Part shown: positions 25,899 through 35,873 of the stretch, piece after piece | Numbering within the stretch: position 1 is the first letter of the stretch | Layout: each line of letters starts with the position of its first letter | Source of the DNA: Candidatus Gottesmanbacteria bacterium | GTDB taxonomy: Bacteria > Patescibacteriota > Microgenomatia > JAMCYU01 | Reading direction: 5' to 3' | Length of the DNA: 64,000 nucleotides | Assembly (NCBI GenBank): GCA_043801155.1 | Contig: JAZDMI010000028.1 | Location: forward strand, 35,389-99,388 | Position numbers and translations under genes: made by a program | The notes under the pieces: generated by a model | Databases searched by the model: none | Seen by the model: only the letters and a program-made list of their open reading frames with translations | What the model was told of the DNA's origin: nothing

Positions 25899-28040
25899 TT
25901 ATTGTAGGGGCAGACTTTCTTTTAGTTGTAATTGTTTATTGTATGTTTTCCGATCTTTAAATTCTGTTTGTTTCCCGGCATTCCATTGGACAATTGGCCG
26001 AAGATACCCAACCACTCTGGACCATACTTCGCATGTTTTTCCGCATTCTGGACAATTTTTTTGTTCACCTTTAAGATATCCATGCGTCGGACATACGCTA
26101 AACGTTGGTGTTAACGTATAATACGGTAAATGATATGTCTTAGCTATTTTTTTAACTAATGCTTTAACTGCCTCTTTGTCAACCATGCTTTCCCCTAAAA
26201 ATCCGTGTAACACCGTTCCGCCGGTATATTTAGTTTGCAATTCGTCCTGCAAATCAAGTGCCTGGAAAATGTCATCGGTAAAATTAACCGGCAGATGGGT
26301 TGAATTAGTATAATAAGGTTCAGCGTGATCGGTTTTAATTTCTTCTTCATTCGCACAAATTATTTCCGGATAATTTTTCTTATCCAGTTTGGCTAAATTG
26401 TAAGCGGTCCCCTCAGCTGGCGTGGCCTCAAGATTAAACATTTGATCAGTTTCCTTTTGATAGATTAAGATTTTCGTTCGCATAAAATCCATAACGTCAA
26501 TAGCAAAGGCTTTCCCCTCCTCTTCGCCAATACTCTTACCTATAAAATTAACTAAGGATTCATTCATGCCAATAAGGCCAATAGTATTGAAATGATTTTT
26601 CCAATATTCACCAAAGCGGTCTTTAATGGCGGCTAAATAAACTTTAGAATACGGATAAAGCCCTTCTTCAGTAAACTTTTCCACAATGGCTCGCTTAAGC
26701 AGTAATGCTTCTTTAGCCATATCCATAAGATGTGATAATTTTTCAAAATAATCCTTTTTAGTTTTGGATAAAAATCCCAGCCGGGGAAGGTTTATCGTTA
26801 CTACTCCGAGACTACCGGTTAACGGATTGGAGCCAAACAGCCCACCCCCCCGCTTAACTAACTCCCGATTGTCTAAACGCAACCGACAACACATACTTCG
26901 GGCATCTTCGGGCTTCATGTCCGAATTAATAAAATTAGAAAAGTATGGAATCCCGTATTTCCGCGTCATTTCCCAAATACCATCAAAGTCCGGATTATCC
27001 CAAGTGAAATCCTTGGTGATATTATAAGTGGGAATCGGGAAGGTAAATACCCTGCCTTTAGCATCTCCCTCAAGCATGACCTCGGCGTAGGCTTTATTAA
27101 AAAGACTGACTTCTTTTTGAAAATCGGTATAACTTTTATTTTGTGGTTTACCACCAATCATCACCGGCTCTTTTTCTAAAAATTTAGGAACGACCAGATC
27201 TAAAGTTATATTGGTAAAGGGAGTCTGAAAACCAACCCGGGTCGGAACGTTCATATTGAAAACAAATTCTTGTAGGGCTTGTTTAATTTCTGGATACGAT
27301 AATTTATCATAGGCAATAAAAGGAGCCAGCAAAGTATCGAAATTAGAAACAGCTACGGCTCCGGCAATTTCTCCCTGCAGAGTATAAAAGAAGTTAACTA
27401 ACTGACCCAATGCTGTGCGAAAATGTTTTGGCGGCCGGCATTCAATCTTTCCCGGTACTCCGCCGAACCCGCGGAAGAGCAGATCCCGAAGATCCCAACC
27501 ACAACAATAAGCAGCCAACATTTGTAGGTTATGAATATGGAGATCACCGTTAATATGAGCTTGTCTAATTTGCGGAGGATAGATTTTATTTAACCAGTAA
27601 TTGGCGGAAATTTCCGAGGCAACATGATTATTTAAACCCTGAAGAGAATAGGCCATGTTACTATTTTCTCTAACGCGCCAATCAAGTTTTGAAAGATAAT
27701 TACCAACTAATTCATCAGAATCAATTAATGAGTATATATCGCGGGTTCGTCGTTTTAATTCACGGTACAAAATATATGCCCGCGCTACATTATAATGGCC
27801 ATGATGCATTAATACTTCTTCGACAATATTTTGAATTTCTTCAACTTGAGGAATAAGCTTACCATCATAACGGATCTCAAGCTTTTCAATTACTTTGTCG
27901 GCTAAATATTTAACTCTTTCGCCGTCTTTTTCACCAATAGCTTGGAAGGCTTTTTCTAAAGCCTTAATAATCCTTTGAGGATTAAATCTAACCAACCTGC
28001 CGTTACGTTTTTGAATTTTAGTCACGGTTATTTTTATCAT
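25899..28040 (-). CDS. nrdD: anaerobic (class III) ribonucleoside-triphosphate reductase
   Basis: N-terminal ATP-cone, a C-terminal zinc ribbon CPTHG..CPECG, and the glycyl-radical region SRVVGYLRP. Confidence 0.9.
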   Translation of the reverse strand: MIKITVTKIQKRNGRLVRFNPQRIIKALEKAFQAIGEKDGERVKYLADKVIEKLEIRYDGKLIPQVEEIQNIVEEVLMHHGHYNVARAYILYRELKRRTRDIYSLIDSDELVGNYLSKLDWRVRENSNMAYSLQGLNNHVASEISANYWLNKIYPPQIRQAHINGDLHIHNLQMLAAYCCGWDLRDLLFRGFGGVPGKIECRPPKHFRTALGQLVNFFYTLQGEIAGAVAVSNFDTLLAPFIAYDKLSYPEIKQALQEFVFNMNVPTRVGFQTPFTNITLDLVVPKFLEKEPVMIGGKPQNKSYTDFQKEVSLFNKAYAEVMLEGDAKGRVFTFPIPTYNITKDFTWDNPDFDGIWEMTRKYGIPYFSNFINSDMKPEDARSMCCRLRLDNRELVKRGGGLFGSNPLTGSLGVVTINLPRLGFLSKTKKDYFEKLSHLMDMAKEALLLKRAIVEKFTEEGLYPYSKVYLAAIKDRFGEYWKNHFNTIGLIGMNESLVNFIGKSIGEEEGKAFAIDVMDFMRTKILIYQKETDQMFNLEATPAEGTAYNLAKLDKKNYPEIICANEEEIKTDHAEPYYTNSTHLPVNFTDDIFQALDLQDELQTKYTGGTVLHGFLGESMVDKEAVKALVKKIAKTYHLPYYTLTPTFSVCPTHGYLKGEQKNCPECGKTCEVWSRVVGYLRPIVQWNAGKQTEFKDRKTYNKQLQLKESLPLQ

Positions 28041-28483
28041 GTTAGTTTCTCAATTGTTTCTTCAAAGTCTGATAAATCTTCAAAATCAAGATAGACGCTG
28101 GCGTATCTTAGATAAGCAACCTTGTCAATTTTTTTTAATTTTTTTAAAACCATATTGCCAATTGTTTTTGAGGGAATCTCGGTTGATTCTTTACCTCGCA
28201 GTTCTTTCTCAATGTCATCAACTAAACTCTCAATTAGATCAATACTAACAGGTCTTTTCTCACAAGCTTTTATAATACCGATACGCAGTTTTTCTCTAGA
28301 AAATGATTCCCGACGCCCATCTTTTTTAATTACTAGAAGCGGTATATTCTCTACCCTCTCATAAGTTGTAAACCGCTTCTGGCATTGAATACATTCTCTG
28401 CGCCTGCGTGTCACTGCCAACTCTTCGCTTTCTCTAGTTTCAACTACCTCTGTTTCCTGACTTTCACAATATGGACACTTCAT
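28037..28483 (-). CDS. nrdR: transcriptional repressor NrdR
   Basis: MKCPYCESQETEVVETRE...RRRECIQCQKRFTTYERVE zinc ribbon followed by an ATP-cone. Confidence 0.9.
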   Translation of the reverse strand: MKCPYCESQETEVVETRESEELAVTRRRRECIQCQKRFTTYERVENIPLLVIKKDGRRESFSREKLRIGIIKACEKRPVSIDLIESLVDDIEKELRGKESTEIPSKTIGNMVLKKLKKIDKVAYLRYASVYLDFEDLSDFEETIEKLT

Positions 28484-28552
28484 CGTTCATTACCTCGCTC
28501 TTCAATGCTTGCACTGTAAAACCGTCAAAGTTTTACAGTGTGAAAACAAAAA

Positions 28553-28568
28553 ACACTATATCTAGTGT
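28553..28568. promoter_or_regulatory. NrdR box upstream of nrdR-nrdD-nrdG
   Basis: ACACTATATCTAGTGT matches the palindromic NrdR-box consensus acaCwAtATaTwGtgt. It lies about 70 nt upstream of the nrdR start. Confidence 0.6.
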
Positions 28569-28807
28569 TCTTAACCATAGTAGTACCCTATATGGGGGAT
28601 GTCAACTAGGCAGTTTAATATCAAAATATATCAAGTAAAAAATTAGCCACGAAAGTACTTCCACTTAATATAACTTAATTTTTATGGGATAAAAATGAAT
28701 ACAGAAATTATGGTATTAGAAAGTGCTGAAGAATTTTTTTATTCAAAAATAAAGGATTATCATCTCTATATCTCTAACCCCTGATACCTAATCTTTAAAC
28801 CCTTAGT

Positions 28808-29575
28808 CTATCCAGTTAACCATCCCCCATCAACATAAAAGGTGGCCCCGGTACAATAGTCTGATTCATCACTGGCCAAAAAAACGGCCATCGCGCCTAT
28901 ATCTTGGGGCCGTCCGATTCTGCCTTTAGGAATTCTCATAAGCATCGCTTGTAAGGCTTGTTTATCCATTAAAGACACCTTAGCCATATCAGTATCAATT
29001 GCACCTGGGGCAATAGCATTGACATTAATTTTGTGTTTCCCCAACTCCAACGCCATTGCTTCAGTCATAGCAATAACCCCTCCTTTGGAAGCACAATAAT
29101 GAGCAATACTGGGAAAACTAATGCCTACCTGACCGGAAGCAATTGAAGCAATATTAATAATTTTTCCTCCGCTTCCCTGTTTTACTATCTGATTAGCCAC
29201 TGCTTGTGCTACTAAAAACTGTCCTTTAAGATTAACGGAAATTATTTTATCCCATGTTTCTTCTTTCATCTCTAAAAACGGTTCATAAGACAAGATTCCA
29301 GCATTATTAACAAGGATATCAATCTTACCTAATTTAGCGATAATTTGTTGAATCATAAATTCAACATCTTTCTTTTGCGAAACATCAGCTCTGATCGTTA
29401 GGCTTTGTCTACCTAACAGTTTTATTTCTTGGGTAACTTTTTCTGCTTCCGGTTCTGAAGATATATAGTTAACAACCACATCTGCTCCGGATTGAGCTAA
29501 CGCCAAAGAGATTCCCCGGCCAATACCTCTTGAGGCACCGGTTACTAAAGCAACTTTTCCTGAAAGATTAAACAT
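28808..29575 (-). CDS. short-chain dehydrogenase/reductase (3-oxoacyl-ACP reductase FabG-like)
   Basis: LSGKVALVTGASRGIGRGISLALA Rossmann motif, catalytic YCASKGGV, and an NNAG segment. Confidence 0.8.
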   Translation of the reverse strand: MFNLSGKVALVTGASRGIGRGISLALAQSGADVVVNYISSEPEAEKVTQEIKLLGRQSLTIRADVSQKKDVEFMIQQIIAKLGKIDILVNNAGILSYEPFLEMKEETWDKIISVNLKGQFLVAQAVANQIVKQGSGGKIINIASIASGQVGISFPSIAHYCASKGGVIAMTEAMALELGKHKINVNAIAPGAIDTDMAKVSLMDKQALQAMLMRIPKGRIGRPQDIGAMAVFLASDESDYCTGATFYVDGGWLTG

Positions 29576-29581
29576 TTTTTG

Positions 29582-30142
29582 TTACCTTTTAAGGTTTAAA
29601 ACTTTTTGATATTGTTTTTGGGCAACTGATAATAAATTCTCAAAATCAGGTTTCGTCGTTCCGGATACTTTTGACGATAATTCAATCAGCATCTCGATAT
29701 GCTTTTGCGATGCTTTCTCAAGATTGTCTAATTGGCTATTGACATTTTTCCCTTGTTTTTTTGTCTGTTCTGACTCGGTAACTGCCCGTTCAAAATAGTT
29801 TTCTCCTTTGGAAATTGTTGTAATTCCCAAACTAACTTTAGTTCCATCAATTAGCATTTTGCCAGCCGCAATGCGTTTATCAGACATAAGTAATAAAAAT
29901 TCGATTCTTTTGACAGGATCTTTGATTATTAAGTCGAGAATTTTATCACGAAGCATTTTAAGAGAATATAATGGGTGGTCTGGTAAAATCCCCGGATAAG
30001 GCATAGGATAATCAACCGGTTGAATAATTGATACTACTGGTGCTGGGGTTAATCGTGGGGTTATGGCTGAGGTAGATGTGGCAACTACAAAAGGTAATAA
30101 GAAAATAAAAATAAAAGCAAAACCGAAGGTCGGTTTTTTCAT
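29582..30142 (-). CDS. hypothetical secreted protein (signal peptide, 186 aa)
   Basis: N-terminal hydrophobic signal peptide. No motif recognised. Confidence 0.45.
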   Translation of the reverse strand: MKKPTFGFAFIFIFLLPFVVATSTSAITPRLTPAPVVSIIQPVDYPMPYPGILPDHPLYSLKMLRDKILDLIIKDPVKRIEFLLLMSDKRIAAGKMLIDGTKVSLGITTISKGENYFERAVTESEQTKKQGKNVNSQLDNLEKASQKHIEMLIELSSKVSGTTKPDFENLLSVAQKQYQKVLNLKR

Positions 30143-30218
30143 GAGTTAATAACTATTATATACAAAATGTCAATCCAAATGCTACAATGAAATTGTTATG
30201 GGTTAAAAGAAATGGGTT

Positions 30219-32180
30219 ATGAGTATATTAAAAAAAATTATGAGAAGATTTTTGATCATTACTCTATTTTTAATAACTACTCAATTACTTATCCCGCAAC
30301 TAGCGGGAGTAGCGATCTTTGATCGCGTCCATTTATTGATTTCTTCTCCGGTCGTGGCCGCCACTAAAGATTACTCTTTCCCGCAAATTAATATTGATAT
30401 TACCGTAAATCCCGATTCTTCATTTAATGTTAGCGAGGATCGGACTGTTTCTTTTACCGGCTCATTTTCCGAACTTCATTGGGAATTTCCCAATAAATCA
30501 GGATACGGATCTTACCAAGACTTCCAGGTTTTTGAAGGTGCTATCCCCTATACCCTAAACCCTATACCCTCTTCTGACCGTCCACCTAATACCTATTACT
30601 TTACCCAAAGCAGTCAAAGCAATTATGTACAACTCTACTACCGGGCAACTGACGAGACCAGAACGTTTACTCTAAAATATAAAGTCGTCGGCGGTATTAA
30701 GAAATATCAAGATGTTGGAGAACTTTATTGGCAGGTTATTGGCGATAAATGGGAAAAATCCGCTGGCAATGTAAATATTACTGTCCATTTACCAACCAAT
30801 CCGTCAGTTGGCGGAGGCCAAATTTATGTCTGGGGCCACGGACCTTTATCTGGCCAGGCAAAAATTATTGATCATGAAACGGCACAATTTACCGTTCCTT
30901 CTTTACCCTCTAAAACATTTATTGAAATAAGAACACTTTTTCCAACCAATCTAATTACTGGTCAAACAATAGCAGAGAATGCTTTACCTCGGATTCAAAA
31001 AGAAGAACAGGGTTTTCAAAATGAAACAAAAACTAAGGGGTTTTTTATCTTTATTCTTCCTTTTATCGGAGTTGCTATTGTTTTGGGCTGGTTAATAATT
31101 ATGTTTTATGTCTGGCAAAAATATGGCAAAGAATATACACCAGTATCTATTCCAGCCTATGTTAAAGAACCGCCGTCAAAATTAGCACCGGCTTTGGTAG
31201 AACTATTAGTTAGCCAGTTAAACATTATTTCTACGAATTCATTTTCGGCGGTAATCTTAGATTTAGCTAGACGTCATTTCTTAAAAATTAAGGAAGAACA
31301 AATTGTAAAATCAGGATTTTTTGGCGCTAATATTTCTTATAAATACCAGTTAGTTTTAGATAAAGAAGACTTCCCAGACGATAATTCTCTTATGGATTTT
31401 GAAAAATCACTTTTAGATCTTCTTTTTAATCAAGTTGCCTCTAGTGCCAGTCCTGATTTTAATAATAAAAGTCTTTATCTTGATGATTTTAAAAAATATG
31501 GAAAGTCGAATCCGCTAATTATGAAAAATTGGTTTGAAAAGTGGAAAGATATGATCAAAGAACACGGCAAACAGATGGGATTTTTAGAGACTCCGGCAAT
31601 AAAATTTATTAGCTTTTTCCCACTCATTACAGTCTTAGTTTTCGCCTTCTCGTTAACTTTAATTTGTATTAGCTGGCAAACTTTACCCCAAACAATTTAT
31701 GGGTTTTTAATTCAGGAAACTTATATAACTTTAGGAATTGCTTTATTTGGTGGATGGCTAATTTATAGTTTTGTTAAAAATGCTTCTCAACGCTGGTCCT
31801 TCCATTATTCTCAAGAGGCTTATAAATGGCTAGCTTTTAAAAACTTTTTAAAGGATTTCTCCCATTTCCCTGAAGAGGTTCCCCATGCTTTAATTATTTG
31901 GGAAGAATATTTAGTCTATGGTACGGCTTTAGGTATAGCTTCTTTGGTTATTAAATATCTTTCGCCGATTCTTTTAGCCAATAATGTTAATGCCTCATGG
32001 TATATCACCAGCGGAAGCAGTCCAGGTAATATTTCTACATCTGGATTTTCTACATCTTTTGCCAACAGCCTTAATAGTCTAAACAGCGCCTTTACTTCAT
32101 CTTTCTCTTCCGGTTCAGGTGGTGGTTTTTCTGGTGGTGGTGGCGGAGGCGGCGGTGGAGGCGGAGGAGGGGCCAGCTGA
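30219..32180 (+). CDS. DUF2207-like membrane protein with a glycine-rich C-terminus
   Basis: Signal peptide, a large extracellular domain, several transmembrane segments, and a C-terminal SGSGGGFSGGGGGGGGGGGGGAS tail typical of DUF2207 proteins. Confidence 0.6.
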   Translation: MSILKKIMRRFLIITLFLITTQLLIPQLAGVAIFDRVHLLISSPVVAATKDYSFPQINIDITVNPDSSFNVSEDRTVSFTGSFSELHWEFPNKSGYGSYQDFQVFEGAIPYTLNPIPSSDRPPNTYYFTQSSQSNYVQLYYRATDETRTFTLKYKVVGGIKKYQDVGELYWQVIGDKWEKSAGNVNITVHLPTNPSVGGGQIYVWGHGPLSGQAKIIDHETAQFTVPSLPSKTFIEIRTLFPTNLITGQTIAENALPRIQKEEQGFQNETKTKGFFIFILPFIGVAIVLGWLIIMFYVWQKYGKEYTPVSIPAYVKEPPSKLAPALVELLVSQLNIISTNSFSAVILDLARRHFLKIKEEQIVKSGFFGANISYKYQLVLDKEDFPDDNSLMDFEKSLLDLLFNQVASSASPDFNNKSLYLDDFKKYGKSNPLIMKNWFEKWKDMIKEHGKQMGFLETPAIKFISFFPLITVLVFAFSLTLICISWQTLPQTIYGFLIQETYITLGIALFGGWLIYSFVKNASQRWSFHYSQEAYKWLAFKNFLKDFSHFPEEVPHALIIWEEYLVYGTALGIASLVIKYLSPILLANNVNASWYITSGSSPGNISTSGFSTSFANSLNSLNSAFTSSFSSGSGGGFSGGGGGGGGGGGGGAS

Positions 32181-32217
32181 CATTGACAAACTACTATCTA
32201 AGCTTTAATCTTAGATT

Positions 32218-32466
32218 ATGACCCATAAATATTTAAACCGTCGTTTTTTACCAATAATTATTTTTATCATCATCCTTCTTTTAACCATTCCTCTTCTTAT
32301 TTGGGGCGTTTCCCAAAGACAGGAACTGCGCAACAAAGCTGCCGGTGAGGATATTTTTCCTTATACTGACTTAAATAATGATGGCGTCATTAATAATGTT
32401 GATTTAAGAATTTATCTTGAAAAATATAGTTCGCCTAGTCCAAAAGATTCTCCATTAAATCCTTAA
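32218..32466 (+). CDS. small membrane-anchored protein with a dockerin-like Ca-binding repeat
   Basis: DLNNDGVINNVDLRIY resembles the dockerin/EF-hand-like loop DxNxDGxVNxxD, after an N-terminal transmembrane segment. Confidence 0.4.
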   Translation: MTHKYLNRRFLPIIIFIIILLLTIPLLIWGVSQRQELRNKAAGEDIFPYTDLNNDGVINNVDLRIYLEKYSSPSPKDSPLNP

Positions 32467-32467
32467 T

Positions 32468-33007
32468 ATGATCAGTCTTTTGAATTTATTTGTTGTCTCA
32501 GCTGCATCAGCAGCGATGTCCTTTAGCCAACCGCCGGTAAATGTCCCTGTCGGCCAGGAATTTAAGGTGGCTGTTCTTGCCTCATCAGGAGGGACACAAA
32601 CCCTAGGAACTGATGCTGTAATAACCTATGATCCGAAGATGTTAACGGTGACTAAAATTTCCCGAGGTAGTCTTTACGCTCTCTATCCGCCAAATCTTGA
32701 AGATATTGATAATGTTCTTGGAAAGGCTAAATTTTCCGGTACGTCTAACACCATAAGCCCGCAAATTATTGATGGTATTTTAGGCTGGATATACTTTCGG
32801 GGCAAAAAAATTGGTGATACCCAAATTAGTATTGATTGGCGACCAGGCAGTACCAATGATTCAAATATCGTTCCTCTTACTGGTGAGATTGATCTTTTAA
32901 CCGTAGAACCAGCTAAAATTAGTGTCAATTTTGTCGAGGCAACCACAACCCAAGGGTTCTTTAATTTTATTCATCGTCTCCTAACGCTTGAGTTTTTGAA
33001 TATTTAA
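32468..33007 (+). CDS. secreted protein, possibly cohesin-like beta-sandwich
   Basis: Signal peptide, then VPVGQEFKVAVLASSGG..TDAVITYDPKMLTV, which matches the cohesin-domain pattern. It starts 1 nt after the previous stop codon, in a different frame. Confidence 0.35.
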   Translation: MISLLNLFVVSAASAAMSFSQPPVNVPVGQEFKVAVLASSGGTQTLGTDAVITYDPKMLTVTKISRGSLYALYPPNLEDIDNVLGKAKFSGTSNTISPQIIDGILGWIYFRGKKIGDTQISIDWRPGSTNDSNIVPLTGEIDLLTVEPAKISVNFVEATTTQGFFNFIHRLLTLEFLNI

Positions 33008-33008
33008 C

Positions 33009-34184
33009 TCATCGCAACTTGAAAAAAATTAATCCAAACGCAGCTATCAACGAAAGAATCGCGTCAAAATAAAAAGCCGTGGCCGGATTAAATGCCTGCC
33101 ATAACCAACCGGCGATTAATGAAGCTGGCAATAATGTACCCCCAATTACTAAATTATAAATTCCAAAGGCAGTCCCCCGCTTGGCCGGACCGACTAAGTC
33201 AGCTATCAGGGCTTTGGCTACTCCTTCGGCTAACCCCATATAAATACCATAAGTAAAGAAAAGAACAATGATTACTGAAAGAGAATTTACCTGACTAAAA
33301 CCAAAGTACGATATGCTATAGATTAACCACCCAAAAAATAGGAGTTTTTTTCGGCCGATTCGATCGGACAAATTTCCGGCTGGAACAGAAATTATGGCAG
33401 CCATAAAGTTAAGCAGGGCTAGAAGGAAAAATATTACAGCCAATGACACACCAATATTTTGCGCCCGCAGTACTAAAAACCCATCTGAAGAATTCGCTAA
33501 TGAGAAAATAAAAGTTAAAATTAAAAAATGATAATATTTTGGACTTAATTTTTCTTCAAGATTAATTCTATTTGAAATTTCGATACTTTTTTCTTCTTTA
33601 ACGAAAAAAACTATGGCGATAATCGCTAAAATTAATGGAATTACGGCTAAAAGTACAATTTTAGTAAATGTTGACTCCTGCAAACGGGCAATATTTCCCT
33701 GGGATAAGATAACAATAATTCCGGCTACAACCAGACCAAAAACAGCACCGGCATCATCAAAAGCCCGATTCAAACTAAAAGATCGGCCTTTTTCTTTTTC
33801 ATCCGAGGAAGCAGCGATTAAGGCATCGCGGGGAGCACCATTAATTCCCTTGCCGGATCGATCCAAGAATCTAACAATCAGTACTTGTCCCCAACTGGTC
33901 GCCCAAAATAGAAAAATTACTGCTGATCGGATTATTTGCCCAAAGAGAACCAACGCTTTTCTTTTTTTAAATTTATCTGATAACCAGCCGGATATTGGTT
34001 GAAAAATTTGTGGCGTCGCCTCGGCCACCCCCTCTACCAATCCGACGATATCAGTTTTAACTCCTAAGACATTCGTCAAAAATAAAGGAATAGTTCGCTT
34101 GATTGTTTCTCCGCCAATATCATTCAAGAAGGAAACTAATGAAAGAATAAAAACGTTGCTGGGGAAACCTAAGATTTTTTTCAT
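33009..34184 (-). CDS. MFS transporter
   Basis: 12 predicted transmembrane segments and the N-terminal LSLVSFLNDIGGETIKRTIPLFL motif region. Confidence 0.8.
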   Translation of the reverse strand: MKKILGFPSNVFILSLVSFLNDIGGETIKRTIPLFLTNVLGVKTDIVGLVEGVAEATPQIFQPISGWLSDKFKKRKALVLFGQIIRSAVIFLFWATSWGQVLIVRFLDRSGKGINGAPRDALIAASSDEKEKGRSFSLNRAFDDAGAVFGLVVAGIIVILSQGNIARLQESTFTKIVLLAVIPLILAIIAIVFFVKEEKSIEISNRINLEEKLSPKYYHFLILTFIFSLANSSDGFLVLRAQNIGVSLAVIFFLLALLNFMAAIISVPAGNLSDRIGRKKLLFFGWLIYSISYFGFSQVNSLSVIIVLFFTYGIYMGLAEGVAKALIADLVGPAKRGTAFGIYNLVIGGTLLPASLIAGWLWQAFNPATAFYFDAILSLIAAFGLIFFKLR

Positions 34185-34352
34185 TTAATGAGATAAATTT
34201 AAAAAAGTTTAGAGGGGATGCTGTGTCACAATTTTTGATATCCCCACACTTATGCTTCTTTCCTTTATTTTAAAAAAACTCCGTGCTAGTGCGTAAGACA
34301 TTAATTTACTTAAAACAATGTGGGGTGAAAAAATTCGTGACCAGCAGCCCTG

Positions 34353-34940
34353 CTAGCTACTATGATTATAATATCCGAGGGCTTGAAGCACAATATCGAG
34401 GGTTTCCTGGGGACTATGAGAGTAAGTATTGATGACCAGATCATAATATTTATTATCCCAAAAATCAGTTATCGGAACCCGGTAAATCCTTACCCACTTT
34501 TCTAGATTTTTATCTTCTCTGTCTTTGATTAAATTCTTGGCGTCTTCCACTTTCATCATATCCCGATTTACAATCCGATCAATACGCAGCGCATCATCAC
34601 AAATAAGTAAGATTTTAAGTACGTGTTTTAAACCCCTCATATTCCAACCGGCAATCCATGATTCAACACAATAATGGCCACCGCTTTCCAACTTTTCTCT
34701 CATGGCCACATCAATTTCGTGGTCGACTTCATCCCCATAAACTGTGGCATAGTGGTGTTTTACATCTTTAGGGTCATGAAGATTATGATCTATCGCATAT
34801 TGTCTTGACCATTCGCCGCCGGAGAAAAATTCAAAGCCCAAAGGAGTAAGTGCTGTTTTAAGGTTATTAAACAGTGTGGTTCTACCAACACCTGGTTTGC
34901 CGGAGATAGCCACCGATTGATACTTAAGCTTCTTCTCCAT
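34353..34940 (-). CDS. P-loop nucleotide-kinase-like protein (archaeal-type cytidylate-kinase family, Cytidylate_kin2/AAA_18-like)
   Basis: VAISGKPGVGRTTLFNNL Walker A, then ..FFSGGEWSRQYA.., resembling the archaeal CMP-kinase N-terminus. Confidence 0.45.
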   Translation of the reverse strand: MEKKLKYQSVAISGKPGVGRTTLFNNLKTALTPLGFEFFSGGEWSRQYAIDHNLHDPKDVKHHYATVYGDEVDHEIDVAMREKLESGGHYCVESWIAGWNMRGLKHVLKILLICDDALRIDRIVNRDMMKVEDAKNLIKDREDKNLEKWVRIYRVPITDFWDNKYYDLVINTYSHSPQETLDIVLQALGYYNHSS

Positions 34941-35052
34941 GAAGAAATACTACATTAACTTTTTAAAAATTACAACTATTAATTGGCATTCCCCTTTTTA
35001 ACTGATATAAACCTTCTTAATCCCGCCCAAAGAGGACGGGTTTTTATTAAAA

Positions 35053-35847
35053 ATGACTCCCTTAGTCGAACAAAGAGTATTTTCTGTTAAAGATATAAGT
35101 TTCTATAACGAAAAAACTCATCTCCATACTTTTACTGGTCAAGATAAAGAAGGAAGATCTACCCAGGAACGTTATTTGGTAATGGGACAATTAGTGGCAG
35201 AATCTCTTGTCAGATCATTAGCACTGGAAGTTGAAAAAAGCGGGTTTTCTCCAGATGTTATTATCGGTGTTACCCGAGGAGGGTTTGATCCTGGCCGAAA
35301 AATGGCTGATTATCTAAATGACCTACAGATAGTCGTGATAACCTTAGCTTCTGGCTATAATCCTGATCATACCAGAGTTCCCCCAGTTTTTATTCAAAAA
35401 TTACCTTCGTTGCTTCAGACAGAAAAAAAACTTAAGAAACTTAGAAAACTTAATTCACATCAAGGGATTAAAAGAGTCTTAGTTGTTGAAGAAATTATTG
35501 ATCAGGGAGATAGTGTGAAAAAAATCAACCAACATATTGAAAGAAAATGGCATTTATCTCGAACCCAACGCCAAATTAGATATGCAACTCTGGTTGCCAG
35601 AGACGCTGGTTTAAAAACCGGCTTAGTTGATTATTACAAGCTGAAAACTGAAAATTGGGTGATCTTCCCATGGGAAAGAAGAGAGTCATTTAAAAAACTG
35701 TTTAAGATCTGGAAAGCATACAAAAATCCTTTACCAGATAGCTGTATTAAGGAAAGGTTTACAGAATTAGGTTACTCAAAAAAAGATATTGATTGGTTTG
35801 GAAAAGACTTATTCCGCCCCTCAAGATCCCCGATTAAATCGGGGTGA
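35053..35847 (+). CDS. phosphoribosyltransferase-domain protein
   Basis: VLVVEEIIDQGDSVKK resembles the type I PRTase PRPP-binding motif (VLVVDDVLDTGGT). Confidence 0.55.
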   Translation: MTPLVEQRVFSVKDISFYNEKTHLHTFTGQDKEGRSTQERYLVMGQLVAESLVRSLALEVEKSGFSPDVIIGVTRGGFDPGRKMADYLNDLQIVVITLASGYNPDHTRVPPVFIQKLPSLLQTEKKLKKLRKLNSHQGIKRVLVVEEIIDQGDSVKKINQHIERKWHLSRTQRQIRYATLVARDAGLKTGLVDYYKLKTENWVIFPWERRESFKKLFKIWKAYKNPLPDSCIKERFTELGYSKKDIDWFGKDLFRPSRSPIKSG

Positions 35848-35873
35848 ATCGAGGTAAGGAAAAAGACAGAATA

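Noticed and set aside
32100-32180. GGTGGTGGCGGAGGCGGCGGTGGAGGCGGAGGAGGG tandem DNA repeat
   Set aside because: It encodes the poly-Gly C-terminal tail of the DUF2207 protein. It is a coding low-complexity tract, not a CRISPR array or satellite.
35018-35052. Hairpin plus T-run (CCCGCCCAAAGAGGACGGGTTTTTATT) ending 10 nt before the PRTase start codon
   Set aside because: It could be an attenuator, but no upstream leader ORF or riboswitch features were recognisable. It may simply be a terminator for an unannotated transcript. Evidence is insufficient.
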